From Enoplolaimus lenunculus (Eukaryota): a stretch of DNA of 64,000 bases. The translations under genes were made by a program, and so were the position numbers. Positions 13,394 through 27,200 of this stretch are shown here, piece after piece (position 1 is the stretch's first letter; each line of letters opens with the position of its first letter). The notes below the pieces were generated by a model. That model was not told where the DNA came from. It ran no database searches and saw only the letters and a program-made list of their open reading frames with translations. The DNA lies in assembly GCA_030248215.1 (NCBI GenBank), contig JASANG010001276.1, positions 1-64,000 of the forward strand, given 5' to 3'.

Positions 13394-13763
13394 AATGGCT
13401 GGGTTTGTGAAATCTTACTTAACTATTTACTTAATTTATACTAAAGTAATTACTTAAATCATCGATTTAAGCAATTATATACTTAACTTTTTGAGCAAAA
13501 ATAAACAAACGCCTATGTTAGCGATTGTCATAACAAGGAAATAATTCGCTTTATATTAAGCAGACTCCATGATTCTACAATTTCAATTAAACCAAGGTTA
13601 GTATGCCTCAAGGATGGCTTTGTAATATATCAGATTTAGTCAGCAACTTAAGTATTTACTTAATTTAAGTACGCTTTTAAAACGACAAAATGGTTAAGTA
13701 ATTACTTAGCACGTACTTAAGTACTAAGTTGCACTTAAGTAGGGTTTTGGAAACCCAGCCATT
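13394..13763. mobile_element. Palindromic MITE; partial copy starting at ~10228
   Basis: AATGGCTGGGTTT...AAACCCAGCCATT terminal inverted repeats. Confidence 0.7.
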
Positions 13764-15280
13764 ATGTCACATGTGTACGATTTTGAGATTTAAAGCAAGT
13801 TTGTAACAGCGCGTTGAGTTGCAAATTCATTCATCTTATGGAAAATTTGCACTGTTGACCAACGAACGATGGGACTTTACCAGCGGGTTTCCGTGAGTAA
13901 ACGTGGGTGGGGTAAAAATTTCAGCCGCGGGTAAATATTTGTATCACGCAGGTAAAAAATGCCAGTTTTTAACCGCACCAAAGGTGCAAAACACGAGTAA
14001 GTGTATGTTGTAACGCTACAAAAATCTCACTACCGAAATTGCCGGAAGCTCCGGCAAAAACTCTACCAGAGCCGAAAGACGATTTTCTGCCGGAGCCGGA
14101 CAGCCGGCTGTACCCTGCAAGTAAGCTTTCATGCGGCAAACTCATTGGCGCTAAGCGCAAAACTTCATTACAGTGTAAACCGCCAGCAACCTTTAAAATA
14201 CTGGTTTAGATTCAGGCGGGGTAAAAGCTGCGTAGTGGGTAATCATTTTAGCGTTAGTAAACCCACGGTAAAAATTCATATTTGCCTGGGTAAAGCACGG
14301 GTCGGGTAAAATATTCTTATCTACATCCCACTCTGGTCCAACAGAAATTTAACTTTGAGAATTGGTCCAGAATTACAAACGCATTTAAACTTCGTAGCTT
14401 TTGCAAAAATACAAAAAATGTTCGATAATTTTCTGCCGAACTTAGCTTTCGATTTTAATAACCCTTTCCCGAGCGCGTCGACCTTTATGAATTTGAAGTT
14501 CAAGAATTTCTTCATTCCCTGTTGCAACATTTGGGAAATGTAAACATCAGGGGCGGAACGTTTTTCTGTGTCAGTGCAATAGGATAAGCTTAAGCTTCAG
14601 ACTTTTTTTTTGCTTGGGTTAGGCTTAGGAATACGCTCATTCTTACGCATAGGGTTAGGAATATTATGCTTCCCTTGCGATAAATTTTATCAAAAATTTC
14701 AATTTATTCAGTTTACAAACTGAAATAAAATATTTTATAAATTTATTAATTTGTCGGAATGACTGGAAATTTTCCACCACAGTGTCAGTCCTTATGGTGG
14801 ACAATGCATTATAACTGATCCGCCCCAGCTTTTTACATTGGCCCAATATTTCTTTAACGAAACATGCCGTTGTTACAATAGTGAAGAACACTAGCGTTTG
14901 GTAAAATTTTACTTCTATTTAAATTTACAAACACATGGTACCACAATATGCTTTAAGTTTACGAATCAATGTTAAAACCGGCCATTACACTGTAGTGACA
15001 CGAGCAAGTTACATATTATATTTTACCTCACCATGAACTACTCCAAGTTATTTGAATCAATACTTCGAATTAACGTTATTTGCATTGTAAAAAAAATCCA
15101 AACTTGATTAACAAAACGCACAGATTTTAGTTTACTAACTGAACTGAAAGAAATCTGAACTAAATGGAAAACCTAAGTAAATATTGTGTACAACAGGTTT
15201 GCAAGACAATGATTTAAAAACATTGCCTTGATTTCAAAACTAAGTTAAAGTTAACTCGAATTTTCGAGTAAACTCAATCA

Positions 15281-18200
15281 CTACAACATACATATTCGCT
15301 TGACTGCTTCTCGTAATTCTTCTTCTGTTCCACAGCGTACTGCAGTACAAAGTTTTCTAAAATAAAAAATTATTGGGTATCAATATCAGAAAACATCAAT
15401 TTACGAGATCCACTTACAAAGGAATAAACCTAAAACTAACACATAAAAATTATGAAAACCAGCTGAGAAATATAATTTGGTTCCCAAACCCTCGCACTAC
15501 AGAGCGCAGTATTCAATCTTATATGACGTACCTTTTTTAAAAATTATTACGTATCTGGCAGAATTCCGATAAAATTTGGGTTCTGATACCGACTGATTGC
15601 CATTCCGTTGCCGGATTCCTATTTTTCGGTGATGGGCTTTTATTGAAATATAGGTAACACGCTAATAGATGATAGAAATTGGTTTATTAACGCGCTAAAC
15701 ACTACATTTTCTTCTGCCCATGACCTCGTTACAAGGTTACGGCAAACTCTGAGAATTGTCTTTACTATATTAATATAATAAGTTAGATACAAACTATTTT
15801 TACTGAAAATGTAAACAATAATGCATACTGGCATATGGCGACAAAAGTAATACTTACTGTTAATAGTATTACTAAAACTAAAATTCCGATTCCAGTTCCG
15901 TCAAAAAATTTGATTCCGTTTCCGATTCTGCTTCCAACAAAATCTAGTTCCGGTCGGAACCCTGGTATCTGGCTTTTTAGTGTATTCAATACCTTAAAAA
16001 CACTGTGTATCTGGCTTTTTAGAGTATTTAATACACCTGGATGTTATTTACAATATAACAACCAGGGTGCAAAGGGCAACGGATTATAACGGAATCGGAA
16101 CTACAAATTTTGTGACTATACGGATAATTTGTATTAGCAAGCATAATTGATTTATGGTATCTGTTGGCTGGCAACAATTCTCAAAAATGTCGCATGGACA
16201 AATTGGCAATCATTTTTGGCTCTGTAAAGCTAAACTACAATCATGATGCAGAATTTTATACAACATATCACAAGTAGGCCTAAAATTAAAATGTGGAAAT
16301 TCCGATTTTGACTGATTGAGCAACCGGAATCGGAATTCCGTTTGAGTCGGAATTCCGATTGCACCCTGACAACAACCTGCTAAGGTGCAATCGGAATTCC
16401 GAGTCCGATTAGAATTCCGATTCAAAACGAGTTCCGATTCCGGTATAAATATGCTGTTCCGATTCTGATTCCGGCATAAATTTGCGGTTCCGATTCTGAT
16501 TCCGATATAATCCAGTTCCGCTTTGCACACTGCAACCTGCGAAGTCAAACCCATTACCTTGTGCATTGAACTTTACGAGTCGAGATTTCAAAATCTTTAC
16601 TTGCGTTAAAAGCCGTTTTGACTACCTGAAACAAAGCGTGTTACAATATCAGTTTCAACATTACCATGGCTGTGAAATCTCAAGCAACACAATATAATTT
16701 TATTAATTAAAAAGCATTTTTTTTCAATAAACTTTAAATAAACACACAAAAAGACCACGAACGTGAATCTGTTATATTATATTACATTAGTATGCAGTGT
16801 TCAAAAAATTGTGTGCTTAAGCTGCACCACCGTGAAAAAAACATGCGACAGCGTTAAAAACTGCCAATTTTAAAAATTTTCACTCGTTAGAAACATACCT
16901 TATCACCAATTTTTAATTTTGCCTCACATAGGTTTAGATGAAAAATACTATATGGGGAGATAGTTTCGGATCTAATTACGTGCGCAGTAATCGCGACTGC
17001 GTCTCCAGTAGCGATTTCATACTCGCGTTTGAATTTTCTTCGATCGCTACTGCGCGTACACAGACGCATCAAAATCGTGTCACCATGCGCGTTTAATTAT
17101 TGAAAAATTAATACAAGTCAATCGTAGTCACAGTCGTAGAAACTGCCGCACCAACCTCGAGAAACTCAAATCGCGTTTACGAGCGATAGCGTGCGTCTAA
17201 GAAACGAACGACTGCGATCACAGTCGCGGTGATGCATTTAGTCCCGTTTGTGACAGTAGGGCTAACGAGCTCCCATTCTTGAAACTGCCATCGATTAGCT
17301 AAAAACCGGCGAGGCTTATTATGAGTACGCACAATCAGTCTTAGAACCGTAAATGTGTACGAAAGCGCTCTTACTTCATGTGGAATGCCTGCTAATTTTG
17401 CTGCATGGAACCCATATGACTTCGGACACGCACCACTCACAAGTTTGTACAAAAATGTCACAGTTTCTTGCGTTGGATCGACTTCGTTTTCATTTTCAAC
17501 CATACACGACTTAAATAATAATAATAATAATAATAATGAAGTAGTAAAAACTCAAGTATGGTTGGCCATAACTTTTGAACGCAATACGAAAATTTTTGTA
17601 TACGTAATAATCAAGTTACAGCTACGTTACTTAGCCAAAAAATAATAATAATAAAAACCATACCATATGGCCAAGTGATATGTTTGGATTGGTGGCAAAT
17701 ATATCGACTAAACTATGATAATGAGTTGAGAACAGCGTGCGACATCCAATTTTATCAGCGAGATAACGAAGCACTGAACTAGCAATTGCAGTTCCATCTG
17801 TAACAATAACACAACCCAGCTTAAAAACTGTAGTTTTGTATTAACTAGTATGGCCACGGCGGCGCTAAACTGTTGACAATTTTAGTGATTGTCAAAGACA
17901 TACAAAATTTTTCTTATCGTATCATTGTGAATTTACGATTTTACGTGTAATTGTTTTAGATCCAATAATTACAATTATAGGTTGCAAGTGCATATTTTGC
18001 GATCAAAGTAAGCGAGCTGCTGTACTTGTCATTGTGCGGCGCATGATACGTCTCACCTGCAACCGCAATTTCTTTGATCTAACACAATTACACACAAAAG
18101 TACATAATAATATTATTCAATAAAGCTGCAGTTTACATATTACAAACTTTTAATCTTTGCAAATTATACTGAAATAAAAAAACCTTTAAAAGTCGGCAAA

Positions 18201-21200
18201 TGTTTTCATGACACATTGTTTTAAAGCTTGGCTGCGATACGTTGCTTGTCTTTATTATCCCTACCATAACTGAATTTAAATTTCATACCATGAGTTGCAG
18301 TTCCGCGGCCAAGTTCGTCCATAATTACCAGCGAATGTTTCGTAGCATGACGAAGAATAGCACTGCATTCGTTAAGTTCAAGAAAAAAGGTACTTTGTCC
18401 TAGAACACAAACACACCGTCTGTGATTAAATAGAACACTGTGTTACAAACGACTCCTTTTAATTCAAACTTGAACGAGTAGTATATTATTCACCGTGCTG
18501 CCGTAACAGGCGTTTACAAAATACTGTTAGAATCACTTTAATTTTGCAGCAAATCAAATACATTTTTGCTTTTTGTAGTTAATATAATAGTGTTTCGTTT
18601 AGAAATTTCAGAAATGCAGTTTAACCAAACGGCTAATTTGTTGATATATATATAATATATATGTGTATATATATTTCAAACTCAACAATGAATTCAGGAA
18701 TTGGTCTGCGGTTGAACTACTGCGATTCAGCTAGTAAACCAAGAAACGTTTGGTAACGCATCAAGTCATTTTTATAAAAACCCAACAAACATGAAAGAAA
18801 ATCTAACCTGCCATAATTTTATCCCGCGCACCAAGCCGCGTAAACACTCTATCAACAGGCGTCAATTGGCACTTTTCAGCAGGAACGAAGCAACCCTAAA
18901 ATAACAAAGTTCGCATTTTATTTTAAAAATCTAAAGTTAAGTTATATGTCTGTGGTAAAAACGCTTTTATATGACAGAAATTGTTTTCTAATCATCTTGT
19001 TTTCCGGATACCAAAATTACTGCAAAATTTTTACATACCATCTGTGCCATAACAACAAGGAGACTTGTTTGTCGCATTAACGTAGATTTCCCGCCCATGT
19101 TTGGACCAGTCAGTAGCATAACAGACGCGCTCGTATTTTCCCCAGACGCATCCTGAAATACACGGTAATTATTTTAAGTAGTTGCTTAAGTTTATCCAGT
19201 TTATGTGGATTTATTGCGTCTGCATATTTTTTCTTAAAATAACTACTTCAATTTGTTAACTTCTTATCTTACTCAGCAATAAACAATTTTAAAAAAAGTT
19301 TACCGATTGACACACTGGTTTGTTATATCAAATGAACCTACTGTACACCCACGTAAACTACGACAACAAACGTTAGAATTTTATTTGCATTATAAAATAA
19401 AACCAGACCTTAATTTAAATGCCTACCTTGCTTACACCCAGACGCGTATCATTAGGTATATAATCGCCTTTTGAATATAATCGCCCGGCACACGGATGAA
19501 CACCTTTCACGATTTCAAGATAAGGCTGAAAATATGATATACGAAACGGTAAGATTGGACGACTTCAAGTACAGAATAGGAAGTGGTGCATGACGTAATA
19601 TATGTGATAGCGTAGATACGGTGCGGTGAATACTGTTCTAACCGCACCGATAGGTACACAGCTATTTCAACTTACAAAGTCAGCATGTAGGAAACTCCAA
19701 CCACTGTTTTTCTAAAAATATAGCACTAAGATAATTGGTTTTACTTGAACACAGCCGCTCGGTAATGAAATTTGAATCGCTTGCTTTAGCAGCAATTACA
19801 ATCGAACTAAACCATTCCAGTGGTGGCTTACAACGCGTCGAAACAAAACATATAAAACTTTGACGTGTTTTAGCCAAAATCCTACATACTTATTGTCTTT
19901 CAACTTCAAAATAACATCAAATGGTTTGGGCATGTTCATCGAATTTTGACACACACAAAGTCTCACGACAAAACGCTTATTTCTAGTACCACTGTTGCAA
20001 CCGCATGAGTAGAAAACTATGTATTTAATAAACGGTCAATAATTCGAATGTATACTGTGTTAACAAAGATACCAATCGTAACTTAAAAAACTGATGTACT
20101 TTGTCAACATAAGGACGCATTCATTTCAAACCAAATCGCGTCCATTAAATTGAAAGGCCTGTACTCCTGCTATATCTTTAGCTAAACTACAATTTACCTT
20201 CGCTACCACTGCAGGATCAACGATTTCAGGTGTACAGCATTGTCCGTCAATAGTTTGTGCATATCGTGCAAAACTCAACAACACATCAAACGTCGCAACT
20301 TGTGACACTGCAGCGCTCCACCTTTCGAATCTGAACAGTGATTTAATAGAGTACAATCATGTGTCGATAGTTAACTTGAATAACAATTAAGAACAATACA
20401 GAAAGCGCCGCAGAGTAGCTTTGTTTTGAATCGCTTCACTTAAACCACAATGGCAAAAAAATTTATTTTTATAGTACTCTCCATTATATAAAAATAAGAC
20501 TACTTCTTATTTTGTTGAATTCTCAGTGTAATTCGAAAAATTAATAGCACAACTAATACTTAAGAATAACTTTAACATACTTGAGAAGAAACTTTAAAGT
20601 AAAGAGACTAAAAGTAATTAAAACAAAGTTAAAATGTATACAAGAATAATAAATTACAAACAAAACAAAAAAACAACAACAATAACGACAACACTTTGTC
20701 CCTTAACGAAAGTATAATAGTTGAATTACGTAAACAACTTAATTACTTAAGATCAAATTGCTCAAAAATGAGTCGCATAATGTCATGCAAACACGTTTCT
20801 CGCTTTGACTCGGCTTCGATCATATCCGCAAGAAGCTGTTCTGTTTTTGAGGTCGTATATCGTTTAAAACCCTGAAATACAACACATAATAAACACACAG
20901 AGATGTCTCAAAATAATTGGCATTCGCTAGTGAAGAAAGGCTGGTGGAAATCCACCCCCACTCGGCCATATATCCTCTAAGACGAAAAATCCCTCCCACA
21001 AAATTATTTATAACATAAAGGTTTTATCACATTGCAAAATGTATGTGCATTAACAAATACATATTTAATTCATCAACTAAAATTATACAGAATTGGTAAA
21101 TATACACTCATCCCAAATAAAATTTTCCGTGCTAACTTACGCGCCTTACACAAAAACATGCTTTGCGCAAAAACAAAAAATAATAAAATATTCACCTTCC

Positions 21201-24200
21201 GCTGAGACTTGAAGTCATAGTCACGCGTCACTCTGGTTGCAACATCATCCGGCAATTCAAGCTGATATCTGTTTCGGCCTGTTCCCACATAACATATTTT
21301 CTAAAATTTTAATTCGATGCTTAATAGAATAAAAAAGAAATAAAGTACTAATTTCCAATAATACATAACGCTAGGCGCACACAGTCGAAATCATTGCAAA
21401 TAAATACTCTATTACCGAGCAAACAACATATAATATAAATGTTTTTCTGCATGTATTTTGTACATCCACCTCGGCAGCTACTTGTTGCAAAATTTGAACG
21501 AGCTCAGTTAATATGAACATTTTTAGCAAACAACTATAACACAGTCAAAACATACAATGGAAGGAAGTATAACACATACATTGCAGTTAAAGTACTGTTG
21601 TTGTTCACGCAAATATTGGGATAGTTCAGCATTGACGCGTTTCAGATTCGCTTGGCACCTGTCATATTCTGAATCAACACCTTAAATCGCAAAACAACTC
21701 ATTTGCACACATACACATGAGTTTCTTGGAAGCATTCAAGGGTGTACTCACTGTGCAAAAGGTGCGCACGGCCAAACATTTTCACGCATCGCTGTGATAC
21801 GCAACACTAATAATCTATGTTCAATAATATATCACTGACATAAAATTACCTTTTTCCGGAATAATAACTCCGCTCTCGCGGGCACTTCTATGGTCGAAAG
21901 CGTTCTAAAACAGTGAAATAGACCAAAAATGAAATCCAAATACGAGACGGCAAAACATTCCAAAAACTGAGGCAGAAAGTTAATAACGGCTTAACACTAT
22001 AATGGTATAAAATCATATTATATGATTCGAAGAAATATGTGAGGTAATATTAAATTACTCAAACACACTACAAAATACAATAGAAAATTAAAGCCATACA
22101 TTGATTTTGGCGAAACTGACATTGGACATGTTGTCGCAGCCTAGACATCGATTATGTTAAAGGTTATAGATCAAACAAAATTTGCTGTACCGCAAAATAG
22201 TCAACGTCTTCTTTGAGATCTGGAAACTTCCCCCCGCTTGATTCATTAACGATAGTTGATAGCAGTAAACTTGAGCTGAAATAGAAAGAATACAGACATC
22301 ACATATGGCCACAGATCAATTCCATACTTCGGCAATGTTAAAAAACGAAAATGAAAATGTGACAAAGAGTATACAAGCAACAGTTGCTAGAATTTTCAAA
22401 GCATCAAAATTTAGAAGATAAGAGAAAACCTAAGTTGGAAGTTAGCTAATCTTAAGCCTAAAATAATATTGCACCATGCCAACCAAGTAAGCAGAATGAA
22501 CCAATTGTGTGACGGGAATACCATAACCTTCGCACGCTTGAATTTGTCGTCTATAACTACTTTCTACCACTGATTGTAAAAAATCAATCACGTGTAGATC
22601 AATCCGACATGTTTAATAACTTTGTAAAATTTTGTGTTCGTCTTGCACTAAAAGTGCGTCCTGTTTGCTTCTCACTGGCTTCGATCACATTTTTTCACTG
22701 ATCATGTTTATGAATTTTGCAAGGTGTGCCATTCAAAAGATGAAATATTATAGGGCGGACTAAAAGCGGATCAGCCTAAAATCAAAATACTACAGTGTGT
22801 GTTAATCCAAAAAATTGAGCTTCGCTTCGCTCGCGAGGTTTATACTACAACATTGTCGACACCTGATTTAAAAATCTTTATCGCCCTCTTAATACGACAA
22901 ATCCACGGTCAAAAAACAAGGTGTGCCCGCGGAACTTTCCAGCAACCCATAGCGCGCTCCCTCCGAATATTGAACCGCCCCCTTTAAAAAATTATTGGCC
23001 GTGCCAATTATAAGTCCTGGTCCTAAACTATTGCACACAATCTAGAACAATCGAATATTCTACGAACCGCTCATACTACAGAATTTTACCTGCAACCACC
23101 GCGTTCTGACACCAATTGCACCAAATTAATCACATCGCGAAATCCTTCAAGTGCTAACAAGAAATCTTTAATTTTTCTCTTACTGTGGACTCCATTGTCA
23201 AAAAACACCGCTCGACTATCAGGATGCGACTCAGCACGGTTCTTCGATCCCATTACATGAATTCTTGAACAAGTATTATTTTTGTTAATAAAAAGTCAAA
23301 ATTACCACATCTTTCTCCTCTAGCACATTTTACAATTTTCCATTCTTGATTAAAGTATAACAGGCTATTTACTATCAACTAAAACTAAACTATCAATTGC
23401 AGCATTATCTTATCAAAGTCTAAGCACACATTTTCTCTGAAATTGCTAATTATGCAATTTTTCATGATCCAAATATAGTATCTTGCAAAGATACTTTGAA
23501 ATTTGTAATAGACGCACCTTTGCAACAAACGTTCCAAATCAGGAATTCGTTTCAGATTTGTAGCAGCATCGTTGATCAAAAGCGGTTGTTTGAGTAACTC
23601 AGCAACAGCATTTTGTCTCGAGATTATAATAGCTCGGTCGCATACAGGAGCGCAAAGCCAATGACGAAATAATCTCTTACCTGCGATATAATAATACGCA
23701 CAAAATTAGCCATCCAAACCTATTTTCCTTGAATTATATTAATCATAATTTTGCTACGTTCTGTTTCTTTCGTTACAATATAATTGCAACTATTCAAATT
23801 GTTACTACCTTACATTCTGCATGATACGGCGAAAATGGATAAAAGAATATTAATCTCGAACATATGAAACAAAACTAATCCGAAAAATAGTTAATCGCTA
23901 CGATGAGAATACTTCTTACCAAACGCAGTTGAACACATATCCAATTTTTCCAACAACGAGCCTTCAGTACTTTTTGGATTATTACTGTTGCAAATGATAT
24001 CCAAATTTTGCAGTGTAACTGAATCTAGGACCTGAAACGATATACGTAACAAATACTTTTAGGCGCGTAAACGATAAGATACGCATCATACTACTAACCG
24101 ATTATTACAATTTAAACCAGTCTCCACAGTCAGAAAAAATCATTGAATAGATTGTAAAAATTTGCATTCCGATAAGTAGCAGTACAGCAGTAAACAGTTA

Positions 24201-27200
24201 ACAAGGCACCAACCATTCAACTAAAGATAAAGTGAACAACAATCTCTTATTCTCGTGAAATCCCTAGGCGCCGTGAATAGTTTTACTAAACTAACCATAT
24301 ACTTCGGTAACGGTGGAGTGTCGGTTTGAGATCCCAGCAAATTATCGTTTATATCAGAACAATTATCAACCGGAACGTATTTTTCGAATAAACGCATAGT
24401 TATAATGTCATAGTCGATTAGACATTGTTTGAGGTACCTAAGAGAAGCTGATAATTTATGACAATTTCTTTTCTTAGTTTAAACAGGTTAGTCCGATAGT
24501 GACACTAACGAGTAAAGGGATACAAGCAACCGCAAACATAAGATATCGCAATAAATTATTATAACCATAACTTTATTACATACAACTACATCTGTACTTT
24601 TCTTCGGCCTGTCCCTATCTGATTCTGTTTTTAATATCCGGCTGAGCTGGGCTGATTCATAAATAGGATATCCTAAAATCGATAGCACAACAAACTTTCA
24701 AGCTCTGATCAAAAAATACAAAAATTAAACTTTTGTATGATAGCGAAATGTAATAAAATTGCACGGTATAGGCTTTTTTAATTTTATACAATATAAACAA
24801 TTTAATCGCACTAACCAAACGATAGCACCAAGGGAACGAACAGCGAGCTCAAACTCCGCTTTCGCAGTTTGTTCCAAACTGTCATTCGAGTCCAGCATTT
24901 CCCGAATTACACATGGCCACTCAAGACGTGAGACTTTTGGTTCTGTCGACGATTCAGTAGCTGTTTGCGTTGAGTCCACAGCAGATTGTGTGTGAAAATA
25001 CCCCTTTGCATGAAGCAACTTTAACGTTGCAGTCGCAGTCCAAAACTGACTTGACGACGTAAGACCTTCTTTTATTACACCAGAGAGGCAGTTCCGAAAA
25101 ATTTCTTCAGTTTCAGGAGAAATTTTATTGCGTTCAAACAGCACCTAAAATGGCCTCGGGCTAAGCTAATTTAAGAAGTTTTAACCAGTAACTGAGCCCA
25201 TAGTTGCATTGTTATGCAACGTTACTACCAACACAATATTACCCGAAATTTTTCCTGAAGATTCCGACGCCAAAGTGGTGTAGAAACGGAAGACATTGTA
25301 TAAGATACTTACAAATTAAATCTTCTATACTTAGCGAAATTTTTTATTTTGCTTGTGAGCCATTAACTTGCCAATAGTTGGCCCAAAATTGAGAGAAAAA
25401 CACCACAGATTTTAGTCATTATTTACCTGCGCTGGTGAATATTGCGAGAAAAACGTGCGAAGTCGAGAACCATGCATATCATCACTGAATTGACCTAGCT
25501 AAAACCAAATTGTTTTACACTTGAATAAAATTACCAGCAATTCAACAAACAATATGCCAGCCATTACTGTAAGCATAACTAGAAATGAATGGCCTTAAAA
25601 TTAATACATATCAAATACATATATTAAAATATATAAACAGGTGCAAATACAAATATTTGCGTCTAAATATACTAAAGAGAATTAATGATAACGACTCATT
25701 GAATTTGAAAACTTTAAAAATAAAATTCTGCATTAAACGCAACAGTAAAACTAGAACATTGCAAAGTAAGTAACTTCATGAGTGCATGATATATAATCAT
25801 CTTTACAAGAATAAAGGATAATCGTACATGAAACCGCCCTGTCGCAGTGTCGACATAACAAATGCCATAAACAGTAGAAGTGTTCGTTTTCTGAAAAGCA
25901 CACAATATGCATGCAGCTAATTTAATGGAACCTTTGAAGTTTGAACGTACTTAAACCAATACTACAAAAGTGTATGACTTTTGTTACAGTGTGCCTGTTC
26001 GTATTGTTAACAGTTTCAGTAACCGCTATAAAACTTTTTTAGCATTTCGAAACTTTAAACATGAAGTCCAAGAAACCATAAATAACAAGAGCCAGATTTT
26101 AAAATAAACCGATTCTACGGAGTGGCGATATTTTAATCCCTTGGGTTTGTAGTTACAATTCAGTACAGAACTCTCCAACCGAATGTTTGTCACTGCAGTA
26201 AAGACGCTGTTGAAACAAATATCGAGCGATATTTGAAATGTTGTGGGACAAAAAACACTGAATACCGCTATGTTAATGTAATGGGAAAACTTAAAGTTTT
26301 CAATTGCAGTCACGTTTTGATAGCTTGCGGAATAAGTTGCTTTGCTAGATGCTCTACAAGTATTCATGTGTAATAACTGAGAATACATACTAAGAAAAAA
26401 CAAACATATTAAGCGCACACGAAAAACAACAGACAATAAATCTACGTTCAAAAAGCTTAAAAACTAATGACCGAAAAATCAGAATTCCAACATCGGAATA
26501 GCAGCCAGCCGCATTCGAAACCGAAATTTTATAGGTATTTAAGCCGGGATCGGAATTACGTTGGAACCCTGATATTTGGGATTAAAACGAAACATAATTT
26601 TCAGTCCACTTCCACTTGAAAATCGTTCTGGCGAAGCTCGATTCAAATACTTTGTGTCTTATTATAGGTAACAGTTATTGACTTTCATACCTTTTCACAC
26701 AAAGCTGTCAAGTATGATGGGCTTCCTCCTTGGTCTACTCCATCAAGGTAACTATGTGTTTGTGTGCCTGGAGTAGTGATGCGGCAAAGCTCGCGCCTTA
26801 CAACACGATCTTTAGGACCATTCGAGCTGCCTGGCGCTGAAATATTGTAAAATCTACACAAAGTTAACCAATAATTCATACTCTGTTAATTTTGAAAACA
26901 AAAAATAAATACTGTAAATCTTTTACTATTTAATTATTACTTTTTTGACGTTCTTCCAGCATTTGTGGTGTTTCTGTCTGCTCAATTCGCGCGACTTTAT
27001 AGCCTTTGGATAACAACATGTCCGCAAATCGACCGTAGGCCATTTCGGGAAACCCACAGTGAGCATAATCGCCCTGACGAACGAAAACTACATTTTATTA
27101 GCGTAAATTACACGCAATAATATCACACAAAGAGTGCGTACGCCTTGTACGTTGGTTTATCGTTCTAATCAGAGTTCAAAAGGGCTCCCATGACTCAGAA

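Noticed and set aside
26026..26451. 141-aa minus-strand ORF within an MSH6 intron
   Set aside because: It has no MutS similarity, the flanking MSH6 exons join in phase without it, and it has no recognisable domain.
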